A stretch of 63,629 nt of DNA, filler included, from Intoshia linei (GCA_001642005.1; 4 parts of 4 records of this genome joined end to end with filler, not necessarily neighbours in it), one strand, 5' to 3'; shown: positions 36,701-48,928, counted from the first letter of the whole stretch. Notes: generated from the sequence alone by a model not told the origin. A program made the numbers and translations.

Positions 36701-39700
36701 CACAAGGAGTAAAAAATATTTAAGTGTTAATATTAAACGAGTTTGGCTGAAAACTTAATAAAACTTTTTATCATTTTTGAAATTTTAAAAATTGTATTAC
36801 ATTGTTGTTATTATTGTATTATATATCATTTTATTATAACAAATCAAAGTTGCAAAATTACTAAATCTTTCGATTGACGTGATAAATTTTAATATATGAT
36901 AAATAACAAAAATTTGTTAAAAAATTACCATATTTTTTATTTGAAAAGTAATTATATATAATAAAAATCATATAATAAAGTCTGTGCTGGATTCTGATAA
37001 AAAAATTGTGAAGATTTTTTTTGTAATAAAAATGAGACAATTATTTCTTAATTTATGTTATTTTCTAGTTTTTTGAAAATAATTACCGCGTCGTGGAGGC
37101 ACTCTGTTTGTAATAACATAATTAACAAAAGTAATGTTAGATTTCACCAGCAATTTGAAATACAAATCACTTCCATTTTTTGAACTAAAAATAAATAAAT
37201 ATAAAATTCTTTTATTATTAAATCCCACTTACATTACATCAGGGTGTTACCAAACACATGGCGAGTAAGGGCCAAAAAATATATTTTACAAATTTCGCGG
37301 CATTACATTAAAAAAAATTTACACAATTATTTCATCGTCTCTTTGATCTTACTCCAATTTTAATTAATTTTTCTCCCTTGCGTTTATTATTTAAATAACG
37401 TAAATATTTATTTAAGTTTTGGACATACTCATTCACTTTTCATTGATCATTGCAGCTATATCGATGTAGATTTTGTTTAAATTCGTAAATAAGAATTAAG
37501 TGTCTCATCTATAGGCAAGAATGAGCCCAAAAATTCGAAATTTCACAAATTAATCAGAAAATTACTAAGCGTGTGCTATAACCAAATAATCGTACAATAT
37601 TAACAAAGAAATTTTATAGAGTGTTTTTAGGGAAATTTTTTTACCATATTTTCAATGGCGTGGTTAAAAAAATTTTTTTAATAACAAATTTTAAAGTGGG
37701 TGGTTTTTTAATTTTAATTTTGTTTGTTCCAGTTTATTTTCGAAAGTAAGAGATGTAAAGTTTTAAAAACAATTTCTAATACAGTTTTTCAAGGATTAGA
37801 TTTCATATCAAATTTGATTTCAAAAATTGAGTCTTTCAGGGTAAAAACCCCTATTATCCCTTTTTTAAAAATCATAAAAACTTAAATTTTCATTTTAAAA
37901 ACCCTACATTACTTATATTATAAATTGAAAAAACGAATAGTCCCAAAATTAAAAAAAAAATCACATTTAATACAGCTTCTTCCAATTAAATACATAATAC
38001 ATAAATAACATAAATAAATACATAAGTTAATACACAAAAAGTTTCAATATCACAAACTTAAGCCTTCATGGTCAAAAAAGCAATATACTATTTACATTTT
38101 TTTGGGAAATCATTTCATTAACAAAATATTCAATTGCAAAATTGTAAAACAAAAAATTTAATACAACTAATGATCTTAGAATTTAAAATTAAAAAATTGT
38201 CTTCACGTTCTGGAACAATTCCGTTCATTTAAAGATTGGTAATAGTGAATAGTAGCATTTTGATGTAAGATTTTTTTTGGGTAGAATTAAAAAATTCCGC
38301 CCTCGGCACAGCTAGTTGCTATTTGTACAAATTCAAAAACAGTCAAACTAGTTATTGTATATTATTTAAAATAAACTAATTTAAAAATTTGTGTTTGTCG
38401 GTATGCGTTAACCATTTATTTTGAAAACTGGCAATACTAAATAACAAAAAAAAGGATTAATACATAACTGTATAAATACTGTATAAAGAAAAAAATAAGT
38501 AGATTGTAATTGATTATTTGTAATTCACAATTCAATTTTTTTTTTACTTTCTTTCATTTAAAAAAACAATTCCAATTATACTTTAGTATAACGCAGAAAG
38601 GTAGGAAAAATTTCAAATATAAAAATAAACACCTTCACTATCAAAATCTAACTTACCCTTTTTTTAATGAAGAGCCCTAAAAAGTTAAAATCATAAGAAT
38701 TTCATCAGTTGCCATCTCACAAACATAAATCTTTTTGATCAAATCTCCAAAATACCTATTATTTTAAAAAATTAAAAACTAAATCTCATTTAAAAAAAGG
38801 TTAACAGATTTTTAGTTTTTACAAAATACATCACAGTCAAGATAGTGTTGCATACAAATTAAAAAAAATTGACAGAATGTAAATTAAAAATATGTACAGA
38901 AAACTGTCAACTTTTTGCACATTGCAGTGATATATCATATCATATTAATATACTATATTTGGTTGTATTTTTATTTTTAATATTAAATTCAGTTCTAGTT
39001 CATATGTAAGTTTTTACAAAATTAATTTTGAGGTTTATTTATAAAATTATAATGTTAAGGGTTAATTATAATGAATTCAACATCATTAAAACTAATAATA
39101 TAAAATATAATAAATCATGAACCAAAAAAATATACTAAAAAAACATAAATAAGTCATCGAAAATAAGATTAATGATAAAACTGACTAAAGACAAAAATAA
39201 TTAAAAACACTTCATAAAGGTATCAGATTACCTAATAAATAATTTTTCTTAAATAAGACAAATTTTTAGACAAGACTGTTAAATATTGGTATAAATTACA
39301 TATAATGGCATATTATGAAACAAACTCGACGATATACATCAAAATAAAATTGACACTGAGATAATGGCATAAAATTGAAAAGTTTAATAAAAAATGATTA
39401 ATGATAAATTTGATAAAACAACACATTTCAATTTCAACAGTTTATTATTTGACACAAACTAAAATTATCAAAAATTTAACAATTAAAAAAATTGTATTGA
39501 CAATATCGTCCAATTAAAAAAAAATAAAATAAACAGAATACAATCAAATACAAAAAGCAAAATATTGAAATATACAATTAAAATTAATACACCATTATGT
39601 TGAATCAAAATATTTACAGAAGATATATAGCTAACGCTAGAGAAAGAAATCGAACACAATCTCTGAACGAAGCCTTCGAACAACTCAGAACAAGTATACC

Positions 39701-40932
39701 TACATTACCTTCCGATAAACTGAGCAAAATTCAAACACTGCGTCTAGCTACAAACTATATAAATTTTCTCAATATTGCACTATCTGAAACCCCAAGTATA
39801 TCTGAATATGACGAGAAAATTCAATATTCAGACACGCGAGAAACTGTGCATGACATGTAAATTAAATAATTAATTAATAAAGATAAATTTTGAATTCAAT
39901 TTCATTCCTAAATTTGGATCTACAATGTAAATACCTAGCCAGTAAAACAATCCCAGAACAGTTGTCGTGCATGTATGATAAAATTGATAGTTTGTTAATT
40001 TTTAACTTTTTCGATAAAGACGGTAAATGACTTGATAAATCAAATTTTGATTTAGTTTCTAAATTATAAAGCTTTGATAATTTTTAATTTTTAATTTTTT
40101 AAATTTTATTAAAATAGGTGACCAACTCCAAAATAAAATTTAAAAGAAAAATCTAAATGTATCAAAATAAATATTTAACCAATGCTTCAAATTGAAGACT
40201 TAAATTTTACAGTGTAATTTTAAAAGTTGAAGCTAATTTTAAACAATTACTATACAAAGGCAATCCATAAGGTTTGTTTATAGCGACCCAACCCATTGTA
40301 TCATTTTGAAAGACAACAGCATCTTGTAAAATGGAATCAAGTGCTTCAAAATCCATGTTTTTTACCGAATTTTGTTTAACCATATCAAAAATATTATTGA
40401 TTAGATTCGTTTCGCTAATATTAATTTCATCGTCATGAATTAAGTGATTTTTTTGTTTTTTAATAGTTGCCCATTTTATTTTTTCAATTTTTTTAATTTT
40501 TTCAAAATTTCCATGTTTTTTCATTTGTTGAAGAGGGTCATGATATCTAATTTTTTTGATTATTTTTTCATTACTGTATTCGTCTTTTTTGTCAAAATTA
40601 AATGCATTTTCATCAGTTTCTTCTTCGTTATACATACAATCTTGATCAAATTCTTTTTCCAAGTCCATGTCCAACTTCAAATTTTTATTGACAACATTTT
40701 TTACATTTTTAATATGACTGTCATTTAAATTAAAATTTTTAGAATTTATTATTACAGGGTTAATGTCATGTCTAATGGTACCAAATGGAAGTCTTGCCAC
40801 ATTTTCTTTGGTTTTAAAATTTTTTTCAATCAATTTTTCATCAATGGTATTTTGAAATGATTTGAATTTTGATAGGTTCCTTTTATATTTAAATATTTTT
40901 GTTAACAAGTTGTTATTCAAGTTTTTCAACAT
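33708..40932 (-). CDS. RPUSD4: Mitochondrial RluA-family pseudouridine synthase, RPUSD4/RPUSD3-like (7 exons)
   Basis: Exons 40932-40251, 40058-39935, 37184-37087, 36534-36485, 34336-~34177, ~34098-34010 and ~33929-33708 splice in phase to [10 protein letters not shown]...CSGIVLLA...[18 protein letters not shown]...[36 protein letters not shown]...[17 protein letters not shown]. Basic presequence-like N-terminus. Confidence 0.85.
34751..35561 (+). mobile_element. Internally deleted hAT transposon (BED finger + dimerisation domain remnants)
   Basis: [33 protein letters not shown] (BED zinc finger) immediately followed by [45 protein letters not shown]. Ends are tagtgatt / aatcatta with ttcccgggaa-like subterminal repeats. 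Confidence 0.8.
35583..36205 (+). mobile_element. Helitron family A, 5' part
   Basis: a|TCCTAACTTATATAA...tgtttgtgtgtgtgttcc start; reverse complement of 6680-7308. Confidence 0.82.
37725..38351 (+). mobile_element. Helitron-A-related subfamily copy with 3' end
   Basis: Ends ccctcggcacagctagttgctatttgtacaaattcaaaaacagtcaaaCTAG|t; collinear with 45640-46170. Confidence 0.7.
39597..39860 (+). CDS. twist: Twist-family bHLH transcription factor (87 aa)
   Basis: [47 protein letters not shown] carries the Twist-diagnostic RTQSLNEAF and [15 protein letters not shown] motifs. Confidence 0.9.
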   Translation: MLNQNIYRRYIANARERNRTQSLNEAFEQLRTSIPTLPSDKLSKIQTLRLATNYINFLNIALSETPSISEYDEKIQYSDTRETVHDM

Positions 40933-41154
40933 TTTTTTTATAAATTTTATGTAAAATAAATCCAACTTTATTCACTTTATTTTAATTTAATTTTTTTTTA
41001 ATATTTGAGCCAATTATATCAATTTTAATTTGAATGTGTTATCGCTCAGTATTGAACACGAAATTTATGATTCACCTTAAACTAAAAAGTAATGTGATAT
41101 GTAGAGTCGACATTTTATAGCACTAAAAATTCGATGATAATGCTAATTTTATTG

Positions 41155-41254
41155 NNNNNNNNNNNNNNNNNNNNNNNNNNNNNNNNNNNNNNNNNNNNTT
41201 AATTAATTAANNNNNNNNNNNNNNNNNNNNNNNNNNNNNNNNNNNNNNNNNNNN
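41155..41254. other. Assembly gap with linker
   Basis: N-run + ttaattaattaa + N-run. Confidence 0.97.
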
Positions 41255-41256
41255 AA

Positions 41257-41418
41257 TTTTGGCCTTTGATGTGTGATTCATATCCAAATATCGCAAAAAT
41301 GGCGATCCCATCTTTACTCCCTTTCGCATACACATTCCTATGTGAATCTATATTTTCGGCGCTTTTAAATATTAAGAACAAACCACGAAACAAATTGGAC
41401 GTTGAAGATGATATCTAA
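41257..41418 (+). mobile_element. hAT Buster/Charlie-type transposase C-terminal remnant
   Basis: FWPLMCDSYPNIAKMAIPSLLPFAYTFLCESIFSALLNIKNKPRNKLDVEDDI* matches the LLPFxTTYLCExxFS...K.K.R.RLDVEDD pattern. Confidence 0.85.
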
Positions 41419-41539
41419 TTCAAAGTGACGTATAAGTTTTATCTAGGTATGTTTCATTATATCAAAAAATATATTATAGTATATCAAATATTTAGTGGAG
41501 GTAGTTAGAAATAAAAATCTATAAATTTAGAAATAGATA

Positions 41540-42598
41540 TAATATATAATCAAAATTTTTAAAAGAAGAGTCAGGCTTCGTACCCGAAAGTTTGATTGAT
41601 AATTTTAAACCTATTTACGATAACAAATTAAAATAATATAATTCTAACAATATATTTAATTGTGATGAAACTGGTTTACTGTATAAAGGCACCGGAAATA
41701 GAAGTTTAGTAGCACATAATGACACTAACTTAAAATATAAACAATATAAAGATAGGTTAACGATTTTATTTTCTGCCAGTATATCTGAAGAAAAATTAGC
41801 ACAATTGGTTATTGGTAAAGTTAAAAATCCAATATGCTTTAATGGAAAACAAAAAACCTTAAAAAAGTTAAGTGTAGAATATTCTCACTCTAGAAATGCT
41901 TGGATGACTGCTGTTATATTCAACAATTGGTTACTTAATTTAAATACAAAAATAAAAATTGAAAAATTTTGTTAACACTTAATAACGCACCAGTGCATTT
42001 TCATGTAATAGAATTGTCCAACATGGCCCATATTTTGACGATAACTTGTACGTTTATTTAAATATTGTTTACGTGTTTCTTAAATATTTATGTCAAATTA
42101 CCTACTAAACATTTTTTTACTATCCCAAATCCCTAAACATTAAAACCTCAAAATAATTTCAACTATGGAAGTTGATGATTCTGTGCTTATGAATGATTCT
42201 CAAATTTTGTATACGGACGATGCTGAACCATCCAGATCCGAGAATGAGAAGCAAGATATGCTAAGTTCTGTAGATAAACTAATCACATATACCCAAAAAC
42301 ACGAAATGAAATCAGATTATAATAACTTATATATTTTTAAATACAAGTTAATTAATAAAAATTAAATGTTAATCTTATTCTCAATATTTTTATTGTTATA
42401 ATTCTTATCAACAATCAGTGTAAAATATTTAAGTTATTATTTTTAGTCTTCGGTTTTATCAAATAATTAATTTTTTTAAAAACATTCTATGAAATATAAT
42501 ATCAATTTAGTATAAATATTTAATATGAAGTTTTCAAATAGCTAGTAGAATAAACTTGTATTCGAGATTTTCTTGTATTTATAAACCAGAATCTACTG
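41540..42598 (+). mobile_element. Tigger/pogo DDE_1 transposase pseudogene with right TIR
   Basis: NIFNCDETGLLYK...KDRLTILFSASISEEKLAQLVIGKVKNPICF...YSHSRNAWMTAVIFNNWL, then a frameshifted LLTLNNAPVH. Terminates ...accagaatctactg|TA. Confidence 0.88.
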
Positions 42599-42614
42599 TA
42601 TATTTAAAAAATTA

Positions 42615-43067
42615 ACAGTATTTATTTTAAATTAATAATAACAGTAATTATAATTAATTATGAATCATCACGTAAATAAAATAAGTTAAAATGTCAGTTC
42701 AACAATTTTTATATAAATAATTATAATAAGAACTAACGAAATGGTGAAGATGACCAAGTCTCCGTACCAACTTGAAATTTCGTACATTATAAATTATAAC
42801 CAATTAAATTTTTTTATTTGATAATTTTGCTGACTACTCGAAAATTATTAAAAATACAGTGTGTATCAAGGTAGACAAATTCAATTGAAGAATGACTTCA
42901 TGTACATGTGTATCATACCTCAAACGTTATGCTTATATTCACAGTGTTGAAACACCAACACGAATAAAAAGTGTAGGGTGTGATGTTCATTTTAACTTAT
43001 TTTATTTACGGTGATGATGTATAATTAATTATAATTACTGTTATTGTTAATTTAAAATAAATACTGT
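42615..43067. mobile_element. Foldback element with ~80-bp inverted arms
   Basis: acagtatttattttaaattaataataacagtaattataattaatta...aaataaaataagttaaaatg versus cattttaacttattttattt...taattaattataattactgttattgttaatttaaaataaatactgt. Confidence 0.8.
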
Positions 43068-43339
43068 GAAAATTTTTCAAAAGTACTGTAAATTGAAGTA
43101 ATGTTACTGCTAAATGAAGTTAATTTACTGTTCATTTAAATTTGTCTGTATAAATATCACAATTTTATTTACAATTCATTGTTAATTAATTAAAATTTAA
43201 CGATTTAAATATTAAATGCTAATAATCATAAAATATCTTTTTACATGGCAGAACTTGTTATACAAACTCAAAAAACTACATTTTCGAACAATTGGAACTA
43301 TCCAAAAGCATAGAATCAAGAATACTCCAACAACTTCAG

Positions 43340-43470
43340 AATTATTAATGAAAAAGCAACATCAAGGATTATGAATTATGTAAATAGTGGATCAATAGTA
43401 TTATGTCGATAGAAAGACAATGCTGTTGTGACCGTTAGTTCAAATTTTGAAGGTAAAATAAAAAATATTA
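43340..43470 (+). mobile_element. piggyBac-like transposase remnant
   Basis: NSGSIVLCR*KDNAVVTVSSNFEG resembles the piggyBac W.DN..VT..SN motif, with Trp mutated to a stop. Confidence 0.55.
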
Positions 43471-44414
43471 TATAGCCCATTCTTGTAACGCCGTAATTGT
43501 TAAATTCATTAATAAATAGATGTATAAGACAAAATAATATACCATCTTGCCCAGAAATAGACTTCATGACTACAACAAAATTTGCACTATTTTAATTAGC
43601 AATAATTTGCAGATAAATGAATTTAACTGTAAAATTTCAACATATATGATTCAGTCGAGATTCAAAAAAATTGTAATTTTATTTTATCGATGATTGTTGT
43701 GATCCTATAAATTAATTGAAGACAATTACTATTAACACTATGCGTGTTATATACTTGATATGCAGTAGTTAGAAAATATAGAAATGCTAATAAATTTCAA
43801 ATGATACTTCACGCATAATGTAATAGCGTAGAAAAACTTATATTTTAGGATCAAAAAATTTATTGGTCAAATAAAGTCAGTAATAGCTATATACATGTCT
43901 AGTGCATAATTTTCACTTTACATTACGAGTTTGGCAGAATGCATGAACCCGAAGAGTGAGTGCATTCAACACACGATTAATGTAAAAGTGTGAAAATTAT
44001 AAGCTATGATATGTAATTTTTTTTACTATTTAATCTATTGAATCAAAATTTCAATTTTTGCATGTTAAAATATATAATTAATTTATTTTCAAAAACTTTA
44101 TTATTTAACGATATTATATTATGAATTATTCTATACACTGATATATGGTTTCTATATTAACGCGGTAATAGAAAATAATTATTCTCGCACTGTAGTGTGT
44201 AGAAAGAAATTGATGTTCTCATATGAACCAATAAAAATGAAGAACTCTTCTCACTAAATTGTAAATATTTTATAGCTCACGAAAAACTTGCCCTACTGAT
44301 GACCCATTGTAAATATCAATTTGAAAAACTATCAAAATAAAAATGGATATAACCAATTAAACGATTATTAATTCAATTGTTTGTAGATTATAAATAAGTA
44401 TACAAAAATAAAAT

Positions 44415-47307
44415 TTAAATACTTGATTCTGCTTCAGATGTTGATATTGAATTACTTGATTTTGTAGTCTAAAGTTGAAAATTATTTAAAATTTTTAATG
44501 TAAAATACTTTTTTATCTGACACATAATCCACCCAACTTGATAACAGACTTGAAGAATAATCATTTTTACTTCTAAAATTTAAATTAACATTATGTCAGA
44601 GGTGGCCACACTTTACGTACATTTAACTATATTTTAATTTTATCAACACTACATATTTGTAGATGTCCAGAATCAGGACTTTAGGTAATACGACGATAAA
44701 AGAAATTTAGAAAGTTTTTAAAAATAATGTTCTCTTTATTGCGTCGTTAACTCGGCATAATCTAAAGTGGCTAAAAAAATACGTACTATCACTTTTAGTT
44801 TATTTGGAATAAATTTTAAGCCGAAAATTTTTATTCGTCATCATTAATATAACATAATAAATAGTTTTGGCTTTACATTTATCACCAAATATATTAAAAT
44901 TGATAGTACGTATTTTTTCTGGACACTTTACATAATCTGAAATATGGTTACTACTAGTAAAAGTTATATTTCAGATTATGCCGTTAATTTAATGTTAAAG
45001 TGAACGACGCAATAAAGAGAACATTATTTCTAAAAAGTTTCTAAATATCTTTTATCGTCGTAACTAGTGCATAAAGTAGCTCGCTTTATGCTTACTATAG
45101 TAGTTACATTATAGTTACTAAAGCTAAGTTTGGTAGTCAATTTCTAAAATATAATACGTATCTAGGCATCAGTACTACATTTAGTAGTTACTATAGATCA
45201 GAAGTGTCAGACTCAATTTGCTTGGCGGGCCGCACAATAAAATCTATATTCAAAAAATTATGTTAAAACTAACAGATTTATAAAATAAAATATGAAACAA
45301 TAAAAATGGAGTAAGTGTACAAATAATGTTAACATTGTAATAATGAATAAATAAATCATGATAAATATATGAAAAGACTGTAAATAAGAAATAAGAAATA
45401 TGTGTAAAAAATTGTAATAAAAATTTATATTATAACGCGTGCCGCACATTCCATATTGGTCCCCGAAAATGGCCCGAAAGCCGCATAATTGACACCCTGC
45501 TATAGATGAAATAAAGATTATAACTTATGACAACTTTTAAATTGAAAATAATACGTTTACCGGATAAATCTAAAATTATGTTTTACACTTTTTTTGATGA
45601 AACGAAGGGAAGTTTCAGCTTTTGAATGTGAACTGGTTTATTCCAGTTTATTTAGGAAAGTAAGAGGGGTTAAGTTTTAAAAACACCACTTAATAATGCA
45701 GTTTTTCAAGGATTAGCTTTAATCGCATATTTGATGTCAGAAAATAAGTCTTTCAGGGTAGAAAAAACCAATTTTTCTTTTTTGTAAAAATCAAACGAGA
45801 CCTATAATTTTTTCAAACACTTAACATTATACATTTTAATTTCAAAAACTTACATGTTAAAATTATGATTAAAATCCCAAATTAAATATATAAAAAGTTT
45901 CAATGTTAAACTAAGCCTTCATGTTTATAAAATCAATTTACTGTTTACCTTTTTTTGAAATTATGTCATTGATACAATAAACGGTCCTAGAATTTAAAAA
46001 TAAAAATTGTCTTGACACGTTTCGGAACCGTTCCTTTAAAGATTGGTGATAGTGAATTGTAGCATTTTTAATGAAGATTTTATTATTTAATTTATTTTTT
46101 TGTAGAATTAAATAAGTCCGTCCTCGGCAAAGCTAAGTGCTGTTTGTACGTAGTACAAAACAAGTAAACATATATTTGTATATAATTTTTAAGGTCCAAT
46201 TTACGTAGGTGACATAATACGTGAATACTAATATAGAAATTGGCATACAAATGATATTATAAAACTAAAAAATACCCGACACATGTATTCAATGATGCTG
46301 AATGGGACAAGACATCATTAAATTCATTAAGTTTACATTTAGAAAAAGTGGAATCATACTTAGGAGCATATTCAGAAAAAGGATCATAATCCAAAGTTTT
46401 GACTATAATAGAGACATAATAAACAAAATTCCAAATACATGTACCTGGTTTTAAAAGATAAAGTCCATTTTCTCTGAAACTGATTAACTGTGAAGTTTTT
46501 TTCAATTTTTTCAAAACTTCTCCAAAATTATCGGACTGAAACACAATTGGAGTTTGATTAGCTACATAGATATTAAACAAGTCTAACAAATAATACAGGT
46601 TTCCGGGTTGATAAGGTTCAAAGAAGTGGATCCGTCATTATTACGTCGTAAAAAAACAGACTAAAAATACATAAAATATTGTACAATATATAAATACGTC
46701 TAATTTCGCTTTTTTAATTTTCGACGCAGCTCGTTCTGCAGCCTGTTCATTAACGTTTTTGATATTATCTATAGATTGGTTAAATTCTGGAAAAATTTCC
46801 CTATAATTATCTAAACTAGGGTATTTTGTCATCAAACCATCCAGACCGTCCTATAAAAAATTAAATTTAAAACGTAAAAAAAAAACTTGATGAAAAATAT
46901 TTTCAATCTCTTTTTGAAACATTAACGAATCTTGATAAAAAATGGTTTCTTGGTCATTATAATGTTGGCAATTTTCGATAATTAAATTAAAATCTTGCTA
47001 AATAAAATTTGTAATTAAAAATTGTAAATTGACAATATAATAAAATTACTCTAAAATCTGTTAAATTCTGATAGTAAATCAATTTGTTTTTAATTTTATC
47101 TATACACAAAGGATTTTTTATAATGGTAGAATATAATGGAGCAATATTATCGGTAATTTCGTGCAAGAAAATTCCTTTCGTATCAAACCTTTATAAAATA
47201 ATATATTGGATTTAATTTTATAAATTTTACTTTTCTAGTTCTTCCACAATAACTTGAAACCATTTTTGTCTTGAAACAATATAATCGGATCGTTTCATTT
47301 CAAACAT
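44415..47307 (-). CDS. BRD7: Bromodomain protein BRD7/BRD9-like
   Basis: FDTKGIFLHEITDNIAPLYSTIIKNPL...DFNLIIENCQHYNDQETIFY (bromodomain with conserved YN) and LDYDPFSEYAPKYDSTFS (BRD7/9 DUF3512 motif). The 3' end is uncertain. Confidence 0.8.
44689..45062. mobile_element. Foldback/MITE with long inverted arms
   Basis: tacgacgataaaagaaatttagaaagtttttaaaaataatgttctctttattgcgtcgtt versus aacgacgcaataaagagaacattatttctaaaaagtttctaaatatcttttatcgtcgta; inner arms aaaaaatacgtactatca / tgatagtacgtatttttt. Confidence 0.85.
45199..45499. mobile_element. hAT MITE
   Basis: TIR cagaagtgtca / tgacaccctg, gcggccgc-like subterminal motifs, perfect 8-bp TSD ctatagat. Confidence 0.88.
45640..46172 (+). mobile_element. 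Helitron-A-related subfamily copy
   Basis: Collinear with 37725-38351; 3' hairpin tgtttgtacgtagtacaaaaca present, CTAG terminus decayed. Confidence 0.7.
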
Positions 47308-47384
47308 TTTTAAAAAATAAAATAAACTTTTGTTTATTTAGTTACCATAAAAATTTATTCAATTTATTTGAAACTGATAATTAA

Positions 47385-48156
47385 ATGCTGAAATTGTGTC
47401 GAGTAAAATTTAAGATAATTTTGAATAATATAAAACGTGCAAGTAATGTAAGTGATAATCTGATAAACCATTTCATCGAGACCCCTAGTTTCATGGACAC
47501 TGGGAAATATGACAATGATTATTCTGCAGTTTTAGTGGGTTTCTGTATACACAAAAAAGAACTATCAATTTTATTTACGAAACGTTCAAAAAAATTGAAA
47601 AATTTTGCGGGACAAGTTAGGTTTATAATTTAAATCAAATGTAAACTAATTATAGTAATTAGTTTTCCAGGTGGATATCATGATTTGCCTGATAAACGAC
47701 CATTTGACACAGTTTTACGTGAAACTCGGGAGGAATTGGGAATTTCTTCAAAACATGTAAAAGTAATTGCAATGCCTGGTAAACTGTATAGCAAGGTTTA
47801 AAAACGTGTCAAGGCCGACTAATAATGGGTTTAGAAATACAATATCAACATCTACCCCATTATTGGTTTTATTCCAGAATATGATGAAATTAAACTCTCA
47901 ATTTCTCCAGGCGAGGTTTATGAAATTAAAAGTTTTAAATTAAATTTGAGAATTTTAGGTAGATTACGTATTTTTAGTAAATTTTGAAAATTTCTTGAAT
48001 AAAAATAAAATGAACTGCAAAACTGTGCAACCTGGTATAATGCTACCATTTTTTGAAAATAATCCACCTATATGGGGGATAACTGCTCTAGCTCTCCACA
48101 GATCATTAATTTACCTCAAAATAAAAGAATACCCTCTACGAAATATAACTATGTAA
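47385..48156 (+). CDS. NUDT8: Nudix hydrolase, CoA diphosphatase type (NUDT8/NUDT7-like), 4 exons
   Basis: SAVLV...ILFTKRSKKLKNFAGQVSFPGGYHDLPDKRPFDTVLRETREELGI...SPGEVDYVF...IWGITALAL contains the NuCoA motif and the Nudix box. Confidence 0.9.
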
Positions 48157-48169
48157 CATTTAATAAAAT

Positions 48170-48664
48170 TTATCCATTTAAGAATTTTTTAAATTTGAAT
48201 CGATTTTCTAACGTAATTGGTCCAGAAATGCATTTTATATTTTCCAAGTCGATAAACTCTGTGTCGTTGTGTGTTGTTTTTGGTTTGAATTTGTTTTTTA
48301 AAATCTTTACAAGTTGTTTAATTTTTTTCTTTAAAAATATCTTGTAATGGAAATGTAGAGAATATGCAATGAAGCAAAGTATAATCACAAAGAAAATGGT
48401 AATATAAAACACTGAAGTGAGTCTGGCTGTAGTGGGATTTACAAATAAGCAACTGAAGAATGAGTTAATTTTTACGAGAAAACCAACATCATACTGGATG
48501 TTTGAAAAACATAAATCAACTGCTTTACGGGTATCTTCAAATCTAAAATTAAATGATGTATTTTTAACCAAAAAATACCTGATGCCTTGGTGGTAATTGG
48601 AATTGTTGCGACAACTTGAAATGTGTAGCAATACCACAAGAAAATACAAAATACAGAGATTCAT
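48170..48664 (-). CDS. Uncharacterised single-pass membrane protein with signal peptide
   Basis: ATG at 48664 gives MNLCILYFLVVLLHISSC (signal-like), then a TM segment VFYITIFFVIILCFIAYSL followed by a basic cluster. Confidence 0.65.
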   Translation of the reverse strand: MNLCILYFLVVLLHISSCRNNSNYHQGIRYFLVKNTSFNFRFEDTRKAVDLCFSNIQYDVGFLVKINSFFSCLFVNPTTARLTSVFYITIFFVIILCFIAYSLHFHYKIFLKKKIKQLVKILKNKFKPKTTHNDTEFIDLENIKCISGPITLENRFKFKKFLNG

Positions 48665-48928
48665 AAAATGAGAAATTTTAAGTGAAATATTTTGGATTTC
48701 CAAATATCCAATAGTAAACTGAATTATTGGAATATATTGTTACTAAACTACTCATTTAATTAAACACTATTAATGAGTTTCATAAATGAAAAGTTTACAA
48801 ATCTCAACACTGATGAAAAAATATTTAGTATAAATTAAATTTTATTGTAATTCCGCGTTACAGTAGTGTAATATTTAGTAACCACTAATTCCTGTTTCAA
48901 AATTCTGAATTGTTTATTGTTAATTTGT

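Noticed and set aside
40444-40728. Phe-rich ORF and similar short ORFs (39483, 48072, 48920, 49777, 50196, 60567, 60794)
   Set aside because: Antisense or alternative-frame shadows of real coding exons.
47330-47350. GTTAC/GTAAC motif upstream of several genes (4443, 8591, 47341, 48878)
   Set aside because: Too short to distinguish from chance without an enrichment test.
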